DNA from: Azolla caroliniana
Taxonomy: Eukaryota; Plantae; Polypodiophyta
Length of the DNA: 64,000 nt
Direction of reading: 5' to 3'
Assembly (NCBI GenBank): GCA_043228905.1
Contig: JBHGNT010000002.1
Coordinates: 6,324,001-6,388,000 of the forward strand
Made by a program: the position numbers and the translations under genes. The first letter of the stretch is position 1. Every line of letters begins with the position of its first letter. Below are positions 10,964 through 24,926 of the stretch, piece after piece. The notes beneath the pieces are model-generated. The model searched no databases, was not told where the DNA came from, and saw only the letters and a list, made by a program, of their open reading frames with translations.

Positions 10964-13900
10964 ATGGATAGAGGCGTGGCTAGCTCGCTTCTGACGGAGA
11001 AGCTCGACAGAAACAACTACACATCTTGGTCCTACAAGATTCACCAGTACCTGCTTGGGCACGGTTACTGGAGCTATGTCGACAAAGCAAATGACATAGC
11101 ACCCGAATCGACACACAGAGATTTTCCAGCGTGGGAACAGTCGGCGGACAGAGTATTATACTGCTTCACGTCTTGTGTGGGCAAACAGCTCCTAAGCTAC
11201 ATTCGAGATGCGAAAACGCCGAAGGATGCTTGGGGAAATCTGAAGAAGATTTTCGCCGCAAGCACTACAACCAGGAAGCTTCAACTCCGACAGGAGCTGA
11301 GCAATCTACGACAACGTGACTTGTCGCTGGGTGATTACACCTCGAAGATCAAAGATATATGTGACTCTTTAGCCTCCATCGATGTAAACGTCGAGGAAGG
11401 CGAGATGGTGCAGATCTGTCTCGGAGGACTGACGTCGAAGTTCGGAGCATTCCGGACTGCTCTGTGTACACGGGAGAATACGTTGTCGATTTTCGACTTA
11501 TAGTCGATGCTCCTTATAGAGGAGAACCACGCGGGTGCGTCGACGAGCACGCATGCGAACAACAAGATGTTGTACATGGAGGGAGATAGGCCCCATGGTC
11601 GTGGCGGACGAGGCGAGTTGGTGCACAATGGAGGCGGCTGACGGGACCAAGAAAGAAGGCACCGAAGTGATGCCGACAGCAACTCCGGACCCTCCGGAAA
11701 CCGGGGGAGACGAGGCGATGAGAACCAACAAGGGAAATCTACCACAGAATGTTGGTACTGTGGCAAGAAAGGCCACAGGGAGAACGAGTGCTGGAAAAAG
11801 CACGCCGATTCAGAGAGAACCGGGTCCGGATCAGGTTTGGGATAGACTGACAAAGGTAATCGGCAGCGATCGCACTACGTCGAAGGAGCCGAAAAAGGGT
11901 CAGTCTTCGTGACGAGACACAAAGCAAACTCGATGAAGAAGAACACCCTGAAGTCGGACAAGGTGTGGTACATCGACTCCGGCGCGTCAAACCACATGAC
12001 GTGCCACAAGGCGTGGTTCTCGTACCTAGAAAAACCGATGCAACCGGGAGTAGTCCCAACCAGAGACGACACTCCGCATCCGATCGCGAATGTCGGTGAA
12101 GTTCCCTTGAGCCATGTCCAGCAGAAAGGGAAACTCATGAACGTGTTACACGTCCCGACAATCACGAAGAACTTGGTGTCGGTTGGTCAAATCGTGGACC
12201 AGGGGATGCAAGTCCGGTTCGCGCATCTAGGGTGCTTCATCAAGGAAGAAGGCCGAGTTATTGCGCAAGGGCGCAGAGACAGGAGGATGTTTATCCTCGA
12301 TTCTAGTGACAGTGGCACTGCAATGTTCACGAAAGGACAAAAAGTCGAGTCAGATATCGACTTATGGCACAAGCGGATAGGCCACATCAACTATCAATGG
12401 CTTCAGGACCTGCAATCGAAACAGGTGGTGTTCGGATTACCCAAATTTAGTGGCCGGAAGGTACAAATTTGTGAAGACTACCAGCTAGGGAAGCAACACC
12501 GACTTACTTTCCCTAACGAGCATAACCGGAGCCGGAACAAGCTCGACTTGATACATTCTGATGTATGGGGGCCGACACAGAACGTTAGTCTTGGCGGGAG
12601 TCCATATTTTGTCTCCTTCATCGACGACTATACGCGGCACACGTGAATCTATCTCATCGAGAAGAAGAGTGAAGTCTTCGACTGTTTCCAGGACCTCAAA
12701 GGGTTCATGGAAACTGAAGTAGGATGAAAGATCAAATCCCTGCGGTCGGATGGCGGAAAAGAATACTTTTCCAGTCAATTCAACGACTACCTGCAACAGA
12801 TGGGAATTCGGCGCGAATTCAGTTGTAGATACACGCCAGAGCAAAACGGCATGGCGGCACGAGCAATGCTAGACGAGAAGAGCTTGCCCAAATTCTATTG
12901 GGTCGAGGCGGTACAAACCGCAGTATACATCCAGAATCAGATCAGAGACAAAGTGTCGGCGCATGAGCAGTATTTCGGAAAGAAGCTGAATCTACGACAC
13001 TTGAGAGTTTTCGGTAGCATCGCGTATGTGCACGTGCCGAAGGAGAAAAGGAGGAAGTTGGACGCAAAAGCCGAGAAGTGTATCTTGGTCGGCTACTCGG
13101 ACGAGCAGAAGGGTTATAAGTGTTATAACCCTCACACCAAACAAGTGCGCGTGAGCCGCGACATTGTGTTTGATGAGTCTGCGTCCTGGTACTTGCCTCT
13201 GACTCCGGACCTCACCTCTAATCCGAGTTCTGATGATGAGGTCAACGAGCCCGAGATGCCTCCAAATGAGCCTGAAATCGGGACCCGCGAAGAGAGTCCA
13301 GTTTCGTTTCGGTTAAGCGGACCGAATGGACGACTGAGTCACTTCGACCAGTCCAGTGAAGAGTCGATGAGTAGTGGAGACTCGGTCGTGCATTTCCCAC
13401 ACAAGAAGCCAAGGAGACGGCTTACGCGCAAAGAAAAAGGGAAGAAGAAGGTGTCGGATTACAGCACGGATAGGAACAAGTCGGATCGACGCGAGTCCGA
13501 CTCCGAGGGAAGTGACAACGGGTCTTTGAGAGTGAAGTCCACGTCAGCCATGAAAGCCTCAACATCGGCTAATGAGCAATTATGCCGATCTACCCACCAG
13601 AAGAACCTTGTTGTGCGGTTCGGTTACAATGAGTACATGGCGCATCATTATGCGTACATGACGCATGTAGCTGAAGTGAGTGAGCCGGAGAGCTACACAG
13701 AAGCGGCGAGGGACGCGAATTGGTGTGCCGCAATGGAGGAAGAGATGCGCGCATTGGTGGAGAATGAAACCTGGGACCTGGTTGACGCACCAAAAGGTGT
13801 GAAGCCAATCAGATGTAGGTGGGTGTACAAGGTCAAGTACAACACCGACGGTTCGGTCAACCGATACAAGGCCCGATTAGTAGCGAAAGGTTACGCGCAA

Positions 13901-15755
13901 AAACACGGCATCGACTACGATGAGATGTTCGCGCCGGTCGCGAAGATGACGATCGTCTGTGTTTTGCCCGCGGTAGCTGCGGCAAAGGGGTGGCACTTAC
14001 ATCAGATGGATGTAACGAATGCGTTCCTGCAAGGTGAGCTTGAGGAATAGGTGTACATGGTACAACCCCTCGGATTTCACTCCGGAATGAACACTTTGGT
14101 GGTGTGCCGATTGAAGAAGTTCCTTTACGGACTAAAGCAAGCCCCACGTGCCTGGAATGCGAAGATCACGCAACGATTGCGTCGGTTGGGCTTTGCGACA
14201 TCAAAATCAGACTCCTCACTGTTCATTCGAAGAGGTCGACTCAGGCCGGTTAGTATCTTACTTTATGTTGATGACTTGGTCATCACCGGCACTGACCTAC
14301 GTGAAATCAACCACGTGAAACTCCAGCTTGCGGCATCATTCGACATGAAGGACCCGGGGGACCTTCATTACTTCCTCGGGATCGAAGTGATCCGTACCCC
14401 CGAAGGCATACTGATCAGCCAACGTCATTACGCGCTGAATATGCTCTTCAAACTCGGGATGTCCGATTGTAAGTCCGTCTCGACTCCTCTAGACAGAACC
14501 ATCAAGCTTCGCCCCGATTCTGGAAAGGTATGCGACCTGACGAGGTTCCGACAAATAGTCAGAAGCTTTATATACTTGACCATCACCCGACCAGATCTCA
14601 GGTACCCGGTCAGGGTGATTAGTCAGTTCATGGCGCAACCGACCGAAGAGCACCTTCAGTGCGCACAACGCGTACTCCGGTATGTCAATGGCACCAAGGA
14701 CCAGGGGCTACTATATCGGACCGATACTACCGCGCAGTTCAGTCAGTTACACCGATGTTGATTGGGCCGGAAACGCCAACGATCGTCGATCCACGTCCGG
14801 TTTCGCGTTCTCTCACGGGAGTGCTGCGATCGCGTGGAGTAGCAAGAAGCAGTCAACAATTGCGTTGTCGAGCACTGAAGCCGAGTATAGAGGAGTGATT
14901 GTCGCGACATGCAAAGCCATATGGTTGAAGCGGCTACTTAAGGATCTGCAAGTGGAGGTATTCGATCCAACAACAATCTACTGCGACAACCTCAATAGTA
15001 TCCAGCTCGCAAAGAACCCCGATTTCCACGCTCGGACTAAGCACATTGAGGTGCACTACCATTTCATCCGTGAGCGTGTTCTCTCCGGTGAAGTCGAACT
15101 TCAGTATGTTCCGACGGATCAGCAGACCGCCGACATCTTCACCAAGCCTCTTGGTCTGGACAAGTTGCGGCAATTCTCGGGTGCTCTTGGGTTGCGTCAC
15201 CTCGACGTGCTGAAATTTAGGGGGAGAGACGTCCATGATGACCATAGACGGGAGCAGGAAAGGAGCGGAAAAGACCGTGACGCCGAGTCGGATGACGAAT
15301 TCGATTTCGGATCGACTAAAGAAGCCGAGGGCGGATCCACGGAAGATTCTGAAAGTGGACACAAGGGGAGCAGTCGAAAGGAAGATCCAAAGACAACCAA
15401 GTGTGGGGAAGACGAAGCTATCAAGGGCGAGAAGACCGAAGACGAGTTGGAGACAGCCAACTCGGACGAGAGCGAAAACTGATCGGAGGAAGCCGAGTCG
15501 GTTCAGATGTTTGATTCGGATATGTTGAGTCAACCAAGGGCCAAGCGGAAGAGAAGGCAGCAGAAGAGCTGCCAACACCGCAACATGATGGAAGCTGAGA
15601 AGGGTCGTGTGAGCAGACAAGCCAACTGGAAGGGTCGAGGCGCGTGGAATCGAATAGGTCGAGGAGCGCGAGCGAGGCATGAAGCCAGAAGGAACCGGAG
15701 CACAGATCCGAAAGAACAGATGGAACCTCAAGTTGAGCTTGAGGGGGAGTGTTGA
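10964..15755 (+). pseudogene. Degenerate copia gag-pol, copy 2
   Basis: Same domains as copy 1 with different stops and frameshifts; frame ends LEGEC* inside the LTR. Confidence 0.93.
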
Positions 15756-16136
15756 GATACAAGCTCAACATTGGCCGGATCGGTTGTGCAAGCCAAGAAC
15801 TGGATCGGTTGGGATCGATCGGTTAGGCCGGACCGGTGCGTAAACCGCGAGGCCGTTGGGAAGGTATTCCGCGTAGGAATATATTTTGGGAATTAGTGTA
15901 GAGCTCACTCGTGAGCATTGAAGTACGTGTCAGTACTTCTGTCAATCTGTATGGACTTGTATAAAAGTGCTCGCTGAGCACATCCTATGTATAGAGATTG
16001 AATATTATTTTGAATTTAGTTCTTTGTGTATTCTCTCTGTCTCTCCCGAGTACTGTGCATATACAAGCTCTCCATTAAACTTGCATATTCTCGGTGTTTG
16101 GTTTTCTACTTGCTTCTGCACGCTCTTCTTTTTACA
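15750..16136 (+). repeat. LTR 3 of copia family B array (more diverged)
   Basis: TGTTGAGA...TTTACA after the PPT. Confidence 0.9.
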
Positions 16137-17149
16137 ATATATATGTATATAAGTGTATGCGGATATGTGGATTTGGATGTGTTCTTATATATAAATGTTT
16201 TTTGGTATGTAGAGGTATTAATGGAAATGATATTTTTCCTTATTTGTGGGTATCGACTTAAGGGGAAGTCAGTATGAATAGAAAAGGAGGGGACAGGGAG
16301 TAGCATGATGTGTGGGTAACATCAAAACCTCACGCAATTGTAGGTTTGATGTCCAGTGTTGGCAGACGACCAACTTGCAACAACTATCAATGTTATTGCA
16401 TCGCCCTAGGGGCCATCCAATGGTGGCGCCTTGTCTATTCTTCTTTTTGTATTTTCCATTTGTGTCTCATCATCTTGTGAAAATTCCATAAAGAAGCTTT
16501 CCTAGAATTTTTCATGAAGCAGGAAACGAATCAAATGAACTCTAGATTTTGAGAAAATCATCAACCCCTTACATTAGACATTTGAAAGCTTACGGGCAAG
16601 ATAAGGATCAATTTTACAAAGAACTACCATATTGCAATAATTGCTAAATGGCCAGATTTCAAGATACAACTATGTATAAAATACTCAACCTTGTTACACG
16701 GGATGGTTAGAATAAGATATTGATCAATAAGATGGAATGAGATCAAGGATGATGATGATCTAGTGTCGGGAGGTGATCTCGAGCTTTGTTGTCGATAGTC
16801 GGCAGTTCGACAACCACTCCACCTCTTATTGATGTAGGTTTCCTATGCATCCACTTGATTTGCTATCCTGCAACAAACCATTCATGGAGGAAACCTAGGC
16901 CTCTCTCACAAATGCCCATCCTTGACAATGACCTCTCCTTTTTTTTATACATTTCAGTAGGGTTCTCACCACAACTAGTAACTTGTTGCACGAGTTGCCA
17001 CTTTCCATCAATATTCAACATTTGCAAAAATGAATTCCTCCTTTCATTTTACAATATTTCCCATTCCTATGTTGTGAACCTTATAAGTTACCCTTACCAT
17101 TTCCCTCCTATCATCTCTTGGGCAACAAAGGTGATAACAGCCTCATGAA

Positions 17150-17700
17150 TATTACATTAGGACGGAAAAGAAAGTTTCAAGTCAGAATCAATCAAATGGT
17201 AAGGCTTGGTCTAGTAACTATAGAAGTATTTTAGAGTCATGTAGACAAATGATGAACTTGGAAATAGTGCAAAGTAGGTTTGATAGTGAAAAAACAATAT
17301 TTGTGGTGCATACTATAAGTTGGTTGAAGATAGAGCTTCGTTAGTGAAGAAGGTTTTGTATAAATGGCACATTGCTTGATGTGTAAAATAGTGGTTGTGA
17401 GTTCTCATCTTCCGTTGCATGCAAAGGTATTTATTTGGTGCACGATATTGAGTGGGTTTCCTTTTGCAATAACTTTAAAATGAAGACATATTTCAAAAGG
17501 TGCATGTTTTTGTATGCAATGATTGAGGAAGAGGTTGATACAAGTTCATTACATGACATTTGTGAAAGCCTTCTAGATTGTTATATGGCAATATTGGGCA
17601 TCATTAATTGGCAAGTATTTTGTCACAATTTCAATGGGTTTTCATTAAGGGTGTCAGAGTTCTACCAACCTGCCGTAACCGTAGTTATGGGCTAAATTAT
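17150..17700 (+). pseudogene. Highly eroded copia RT remnant
   Basis: FLYAMIEEEV resembles the copia AFLxGxLEEEVY motif; heavily frameshifted. Confidence 0.35.
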
Positions 17701-17956
17701 AAGGATGAAGGGTGAGGATTAAGATATCTCAATTCTACGGTGGGAGATAACTTAGAGAATGTTTCATCACTTGGCTACTTTTTATAAAAAAAATCAACCA
17801 AGTGTAAAACACACAAGGGCGTAAGGTTTGAGCCTATATAAGAAAAGGGATATATTTCCTTTATTGTTTTGAGATAGAGACTCTGATAGTGTAACAAGGC
17901 GTTGTCGCGAAGTTTCACGTGTGTGTACTACTCGAGCGGGACAACGGGGTTCTTCG

Positions 17957-18871
17957 TGTTGGCATAAAAGGCCGACTCCTTCCACTTTGTATCTTAGTGC
18001 GAACACGTCCAAATAGTTAGGGCTTAGTATATAAGCTCTAACCTAACATTGTAACAAATAATTCTTGTATCTTGAGTCTCTGTGAGTTAACAGTTACAAA
18101 ATAACGAGAGCTTCCATTAGAAGAATTGTGTCTACGTTTCCATCATTTCTTCTATCATACTCTCTATGTTGTTTGATGTGCACATAATCGATAGGTCCTC
18201 ACTTACTTCCGCACACATCTCGAACACCATATCCAACAAGTGGTATCAGAGCAATGACGAGTGGACGAGAGGAGCACAGGAGCAAGGACGAGCAGGTGAC
18301 AAACAATTGAACAGCCGAAATCGAGAATCGGATACAAGTCGACTCCAACAAACGGACCGATTCAAACGAAAGACAATTCGAACAAGTCGATTCGACCGAC
18401 TCAAATCAGTCGAACCTTGAGACTAGCCAAACTAGGCTAGACATCGACTTTACCTTTGCCGACTCGGCTATATGCCAATTGACTTGTAACATAAATTTAG
18501 ATTAATTTGTAATCTAGGTTTGTGGGGGAGATAACCCCAAAACACTTGTATACGTAAGAAAGAGTAGTCCTTTTACGGGGGAGTTTGTTGGCATAAAAGG
18601 CTGACTCCTTCCACTTTGTATCTTAGTGTGAACACATCCAAATAGTAAGGGCTTAGTATATAAGCTTTAACCTAACACTGTAACGAATAATTCTTGTATC
18701 TTGAGTCTCTGTGAGTGTAAGAGTCACAGAATAACAAGAGGTTCCATTAGAGCTTGAATTGTGTCTACATTTCCATCATTTCTTCTATCATACTTTCTGT
18801 GTTGTTTGTTGTGCACATAATCGGCAGGTCCTCGCATACTTCCGCACACATCTCGAACACCATATCCAACA
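17957..18871 (+). mobile_element. TRIM (terminal-repeat retrotransposon in miniature)
   Basis: LTRs 17957-18238 and 18586-18871; PBS TGGTATCAGAGC 18241-18252; PPT ACGGGGGAG; ~350-bp non-coding interior; TSD CTTCG/CTTGG. Confidence 0.93.
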
Positions 18872-19927
18872 CTTGGACCGGGGAATACGTTCACCAAGTT
18901 AAACGAAAAGACGAAGATGCAAACATAAGAGTCGAGGTAAACAAGACTACACTTGAGAAGATCGAAAATTGGTACATTTGAGAAGACGAAGAAGAAGACG
19001 AACGGGTTCTTTATATAGGTTTCTCCAACCCATGTGGCCATGGTTATTATGGGGTAACTATGGTTACATGACAAAAACCACTACTTATGACATGCACAAA
19101 ACCTTGGGCTTGGAGCCATGGTTTTTGTGCACACAATTTTGCTTGTGACATGTACAAAACATGGGCTTGAAGCTATGGTTTTTGTGCACATGATTTTGTA
19201 TGTTGTTTCCTATGCAATTTTTAATATAAAAAAAGGAATATATAATATTTAAAGCACTTGATAGTAACCCTATTGGTAAGTCAATTGTCTTTTACCTTGA
19301 CGGGGCAAGGTTCAAATCCAGCATGACTTCTTATAGGGGGTGGGTGTGTTCACTTATCTATTATTTATTTGTTTTTATATTTATACGACCCCATGTAATG
19401 TGCATGGAACCTCAATTTTTTATGTTTTCTCACACCACATCACGATAGCACTAGCTTCATATACATGTGTCACCTACTTCAAATCCAAGGTACAATCCAT
19501 GTCTGTACCCGGTGTCATGATATGGAAAACATGGAAAAAGGCAAAAGTAGGGTACCCATAGGTTGTATATATGTAAATATGAATGTTATCCGTGGGATTG
19601 TAAGTGTATGTGAATAAGTGATGGGATTGTAAGTGTATACGCGTAAAGTCTTTGTATTAAAAGTCATGTTGTAAGTATATGCAAGTGCGCACAAAAGAGT
19701 AAGTGTGACTATATTAAAATGTGTAAACACATGCACATTTATGTGAATGTGTGCAAATATGTAAAGTGGGTAGGTTGTTGGAAGGTTATGTAACTAACCT
19801 ACAAACCTCATTGGATGTTCTTGGATTGTGATCCTCATGTAATGTACCTATAATAGCCCCACCATAGGGGACATGAACAAAGATAGTAATTTTTGCCTCT
19901 CAATAATTATGTCTCTTTCTCTCTCTT

Positions 19928-20203
19928 GGACAAAATATTACAAAATTCTTTGAAGATCACTTTGCTATGCGAGATGTTATTGTATATGCCGCACATAGGG
20001 TTGGCAAAAAGCAACTAGAGGGAAAGACATCTCGAGCTATTGTTTGTACAATCCTCGATAAATGTAGAAGGGCAATGATTCTAGATAGTAGTAAGGTGTA
20101 CTTAAAAGGGACAAGTTTTTTTGTAACGGAGGATAGAACTCCACAAGAGCAAGAACGTAGAAGGCAAGCATATGCATCTCGGAAAGCAAATCAAAATGCA
20201 TAG
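19928..20203 (+). pseudogene. LINE ORF1 C-terminal remnant (L1/CR1-type RRM-CTD)
   Basis: AHRVG...RAIV...IL...LKGT.FFVTEDRT..EQERR pattern. Confidence 0.65.
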
Positions 20204-20209
20204 CAAGCA

Positions 20210-23200
20210 ATGACCTATGGGACCATAAGTGTTTCACGATTAAAAGTAATGTTTTGGAATTGTAGAGGATATCCATGGAATAAGGGTTTAGGACTCAATG
20301 ATGTAGCTCAAGGTATGGATATTATATTTTTGGCTAAAACATGGGAGCATGAGGCAAAACGTATACCTAAAATAGACGGTTACCTCATAAAATCGATATG
20401 GCCTCACTCCAAAGGGAATATTGGGCGTGGCGGGATAGCATGTATCTACCATGAGAGCTTAGATAATTCTGTCGAAGTATGCAAATATGATGACTATAAG
20501 AGATACATATGGATAGAGGTTAATTTGGGGAAAGAGAAGTTGTATATAGTTGCATGTTACATTCCTCACAAAGACTCAAACTACTATAGTAGGTTTGGGT
20601 TAGATTGTGATGATCCTTTTACAGAATTATGCCATGATATACTTTCACTTGAGAAGCTTGGTAAAGTTTTAATTATGGGAGACTTCAATGCAAGAGTTGG
20701 AAATTTCCAAAATGTGGAGACATTTGAAGAAAATGTAGTAGAACATTGTCTAGTGCGTGACTCAGAGGATTGTGTCATGTCAGATTATGGAAAACTTTTG
20801 ATACATATACTAAATTGCACAAACTTGATTATCTTAAATTGTATAAAGGCATTCCCATTGACAAATGTGCTCACATGTTTACCATCCTCGGGTGGAGGAA
20901 GTGTGGTTGATTATGCATTAATGTTGGCATGTGATCTATCATTGGTGAATGTGTTTAAAGTTGGTTCTCTATCTCCAGACTCAGACCACAAGCCATTGTA
21001 CTTAGAGCTTGCAATTCCACATTCCACTAGATGCCGTGGAGTGAAAGACGAAAAGAGATGTATCATCCGACCTTGCTACGAAAAAGCTAAGATGTATGCA
21101 AAGGAAGTGGAGAACCATTTGTTAAATTTTTCTCTAAGCAACGATGTTAAAGAAAATTGGCAACATTTGAAGGATATAATCCTTAAGGTTGGATATCAAT
21201 GCTTTAAGAGACATGTGGGTGGGCATAAGGTGTGTAGTTTTCCATGAAATTCTTGGTTCGACGATGAATGTAAGATGTATCTCAAATGGTTTAAGTCCAT
21301 AGAAGGGGGGAATGAAAAGATTGTTGCATGGCACATATACAAGAAAGTAGTGAGGAGAAAGAAAAGAAGATATTTCCAAATGCAAGAGATGAAAAAGAAA
21401 AACTTTTTTAAGCTCAAACCAAAATTAGCATGGGGACAACTCAAGGGTAAGAAAGAAGATGTGAAAGGTCACTTTACAAATGAAGAGATGCTAGACTATG
21501 TACAAAGGTTATATATGCATGAAGGTGTGGCTCCTGTGGTTGAGAAAATTGAAACTCCGTGCATTACATGTATCGATATTGATGATGTCAATAAGGGAAT
21601 AAAGAAGATGGCAAATGGGAAAGCACCAGATTCAACCTACGTCTCAAGTGAGCTTTTAAAATGGACAATGTCACACACTCGTCATTGGATAATGATAATT
21701 TTAGAGCAAGCTATAAAACAAGGATTTCCAAATGATTGGCTTATGAATTGGATTAAACCAATATTTCAAGCCAGAGGTAGGAATCAAGTATCAAATTATC
21801 GTGCAATAATGGTGAGCTCAACTATTGTTATACTATATAGCACTATTATGGAGCAAAAGATAAGCACATGGGCTGAGAGTACAAGCAAAAGAGCACTTGG
21901 GCAAGCCGGATTTAGACCAAAACACTCCACTGTGGATCATTTGGTCACATTAAGGGTAATCATGGAAGAGAGTCAACTACAAGGAAAAACACTTTATTGT
22001 TGTTTTGTTGATTTCAAGAAAGCTTTTGATACTATACCACGAAGTGAGCTTTGAAATATAGAATGGCAGACGTTGACATGCCATTAGCGTATCGAGTTGC
22101 GGTTGCACGCCTATATGAACAAGTTATATGCCAACTAAAAATGGATAGTGGATTCTCAAAGCACTTCTTAAGTAACATGGGGGTCAAGCAAGGATGTCCA
22201 CTATACACCCACACTCTTTGGCTTATGTATTGATAAATTAAAAGAAGTGGTGAATAAGGTTGCAAGAGATGAAGGATTGAACGCTCCCAAATTGATGCAA
22301 CATGTTATCTTATTGCTTCTATATGCAGATGATGTGGTACTCTTCTCATATGATGTTGATAGTATGCAAAATTTACTTGGGGTATTAGACGAATTTTGCC
22401 ATAGTAGTGGACTAGTAATGAATGTGGACAAAACAAAAATGATAGTAGTGCAAACCATCCAACCTCATCATTACCCTATGCTCACATATAGAGGTGAACA
22501 TATACAATTTGTTCAAAGCTTTAAATATCTTGTTTATTGATGTACCTGCCACAAATAAATGGAGTGCATGCTTTGATTCTAGACTCCAAGCCGGTTGGAA
22601 ATCGTATTACCTTTTGGAGAACCATGCAACCAAGTGATACTTGTGGATGAGAAGTAAAACTAATGTTGTTCAATGTCATAGTAACTCAAGTATTGCTTTA
22701 TGGAGTAGAAGTATGGGGTGGCACCATCTCTCTTAATGCATGGAACGAGATTGAGAAAATTCAAAAGATGTTTTTAAGGAGGCAATTAGGAGTAACTGTT
22801 AAATGCACTACCTCTTACCAGGTTATGCTCTTGGAAACGGGTGTTCGACCCATAGAACTATTGGCACTCCAAAGAGTATATAAATACATTACAAAAGTCA
22901 AGAATATGCCGAATCATCAATTACCACATCTTTCTTGGAATGTTGGATGTAAGCTACAAAAGAATCATAAAAGGAAGATTCTCTCAGCTGGTTGGGTTGT
23001 TGACATAAGGAAATGGTTTAGAAGATGGGGTGTGGATGATCTTTTAGAGCCTTCGGGCAATGCTATGCAGTATGTAATGATTGAGGAAAGGTTGGTGGAA
23101 TCATTAAGGATGAAGTATGAGGATGCTAAGAGGACAAAGCTAGAATACAACATTGCAAATGTCAACCTTGAATGTTGGTCTCAATATAAAGGAAGAATGC

Positions 23201-23559
23201 TTATTGATCGTATCCAACCTTATCTCATTACCAATATGAGTAGTAATGCTCGTAGAGCCCTTACACTACTTCACACTCAATCTCACAAGTTAGGCATTGA
23301 AGTTGCATCATGGTATCAAAATGTAACGAATTTGAAGACATGTAAAGTATGCAATGAAGGCATGGTCACGGATGAATGTCACTTGCTCTTCACATGCTCG
23401 ACATATAGTGCAATTCGTTCAAGATATGCCGACATACTAAGACGGAGTGATAACTTAAGTGCCATACTTAAGACACCACCGAGAAGGTTGAGCTCATATG
23501 TGTATGCTTTATTCACACATAGAGACTTTGTGCTTCAATGTATGAATACCCCTTCTTAG
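20210..23559 (+). pseudogene. LINE ORF2 (endonuclease-reverse transcriptase), disrupted
   Basis: WNCRG, GDFNAR, VVDY, SDHKP; QAGFR, FVDFKKAFD, GVKQGCP, LYADD, FKYL; CKVC...DECHLLFTC; stops and frameshifts. Confidence 0.92.
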
Positions 23560-24926
23560 GAAGGAGACACATATCAAGAACACATGTATACTCTAGTCCC
23601 ATAGGTCAAAATTGGCCTCTTTATGGATGATAAAAATTCTAATTCTAATTCTCTTCCTCACGCTCAACCCCCTTGGGTGGGGGGTGGAGCCGTTCTTGGC
23701 TCCACCCCCAACCCATCAATAATGAAAATGCATATATGTTAAATAAAAGTGAATTGCCTAGTGGTTAGAATCATTGTGTTCGGTGTAAAGTTGAATCTTT
23801 GTTATCGTGGTACAAATTAAGGAATACTTGTTCCCCTTTTCTTTTTCGAAGAAAGAGGGGAATAATTGCATTTAATCCAAATGAGGTGCCTCTCACCCTA
23901 TAAGAGGGGAACAAGACTCATTTTCTTCTTTGGGATTATTTTTGTTTCGTCAATTTTTCTTTATCATCATTTTTGGGCCTTTTCGAGTCACCTTGAGGAG
24001 AAGGAAGAGCTCTCCATTTTCGACAATCTTCTTTTGGCATTTGGAGCTCGACCTTGGAATTTTGCATGAAGGTATATTGTTTTTTTCACATCCTCCTTGC
24101 TACCTCCCCGTCTACTTAGGTGGTCGTCACGGTCTTTATCATCACCAAGCTCATTACAAGTGAATGGTTTAGCAAAGGAATTTGGCTAGCTTGCTTACCA
24201 ACCGTTTGGAAGAAGCATGGAATGGCCGAGGACGCTACCTAATATCGAATTGATGTAGCCATCAGTGGTCTCGGTGGCTCACTCGACTCACCTTCACTAA
24301 AAGCTCCAAGTCGCCCCATTGATCTCCCATTTCCTATTTTGTTTAATATTTGCCTTGTAAAAGCCACCACATTTGTGACGTTATTTGTGAAGCCAACTCA
24401 ACATTTTATAAAACAAAAATGCCTTTTGACTAATAGTGTGATTTGGGTGTTTAGCTTGGTGTATGTTGTTAATCACGCACTAATCTTGTGCATTAAACCC
24501 TAAACCTTTAGACTACCTCTTATTTCAATTGTCATTTATAGTCGAGTCCTTGGCAACATTAGACTCCTTCGCTAAGTTTGATTCATTTGATCCTTTGAGT
24601 CCTCGAAGCATTCAAGACCTCCTAACATTTGAATCCTAGGAGTGTTCGAATCCCCTTCCACATCCGAGTTCCATCATGTTTGTGTCCTCCTAATCTTCGC
24701 GTCCTCTCAACCTTCATGTCCTCCCACTCAAGTAGCACATGCACATGCATTTACGTGACAATGGTGATATTGGACACCGGCAAGGGACTTGGATCTGTCT
24801 CTCACCTTCGTTAGGGGATGGTCAGGTGGAGTGGCACCTTTTCTTCCTTATTTTCCCTCTTTAATTTTGTGTAACGTTGATTAAGATTCTAATAGTAACC
24901 CCATCATATGAAGGTGGTGTTTGACT

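Larger units (their letters stand above)
1803..16136 (+). mobile_element. Tandem Ty1/copia array (family B): LTR-internal-LTR-internal-LTR
   Basis: LTRs 1803-2232, 10497-10879, 15750-16136; PBS TGGTATCAGAGC at 2233 and 10880; PPT CTTGAGGGGGAG at 10485-10496 and 15738-15749; two gag-PR-IN-RT-RH regions. Confidence 0.93.
19928..23652 (+). mobile_element. 5'-truncated non-LTR retrotransposon (LINE, RTE-X-like)
   Basis: ORF1 tail plus ORF2 (APE endonuclease, RT, C-terminal CCHC); 3' tail (AATTCT)3 at 23635-23652; possible short TSD CTCTT. Confidence 0.9.
19513..23718 (+). repeat. Old LTR remnant related to the 7066-10470 LTR family, split by the LINE
   Basis: 23660-23715 (AACCCCCTTGGGTGGGGGTGGAGCCGTTCTTGGCTCCACCCC) matches the reverse complement of 7203-7253; TATA-like box and CT tract lie just before the LINE; boundaries approximate. 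Confidence 0.5.

Noticed and set aside
17957-18871. Cassandra-type TRIM carrying 5S rRNA
   Set aside because: No 5S A/C-box sequence in the LTRs
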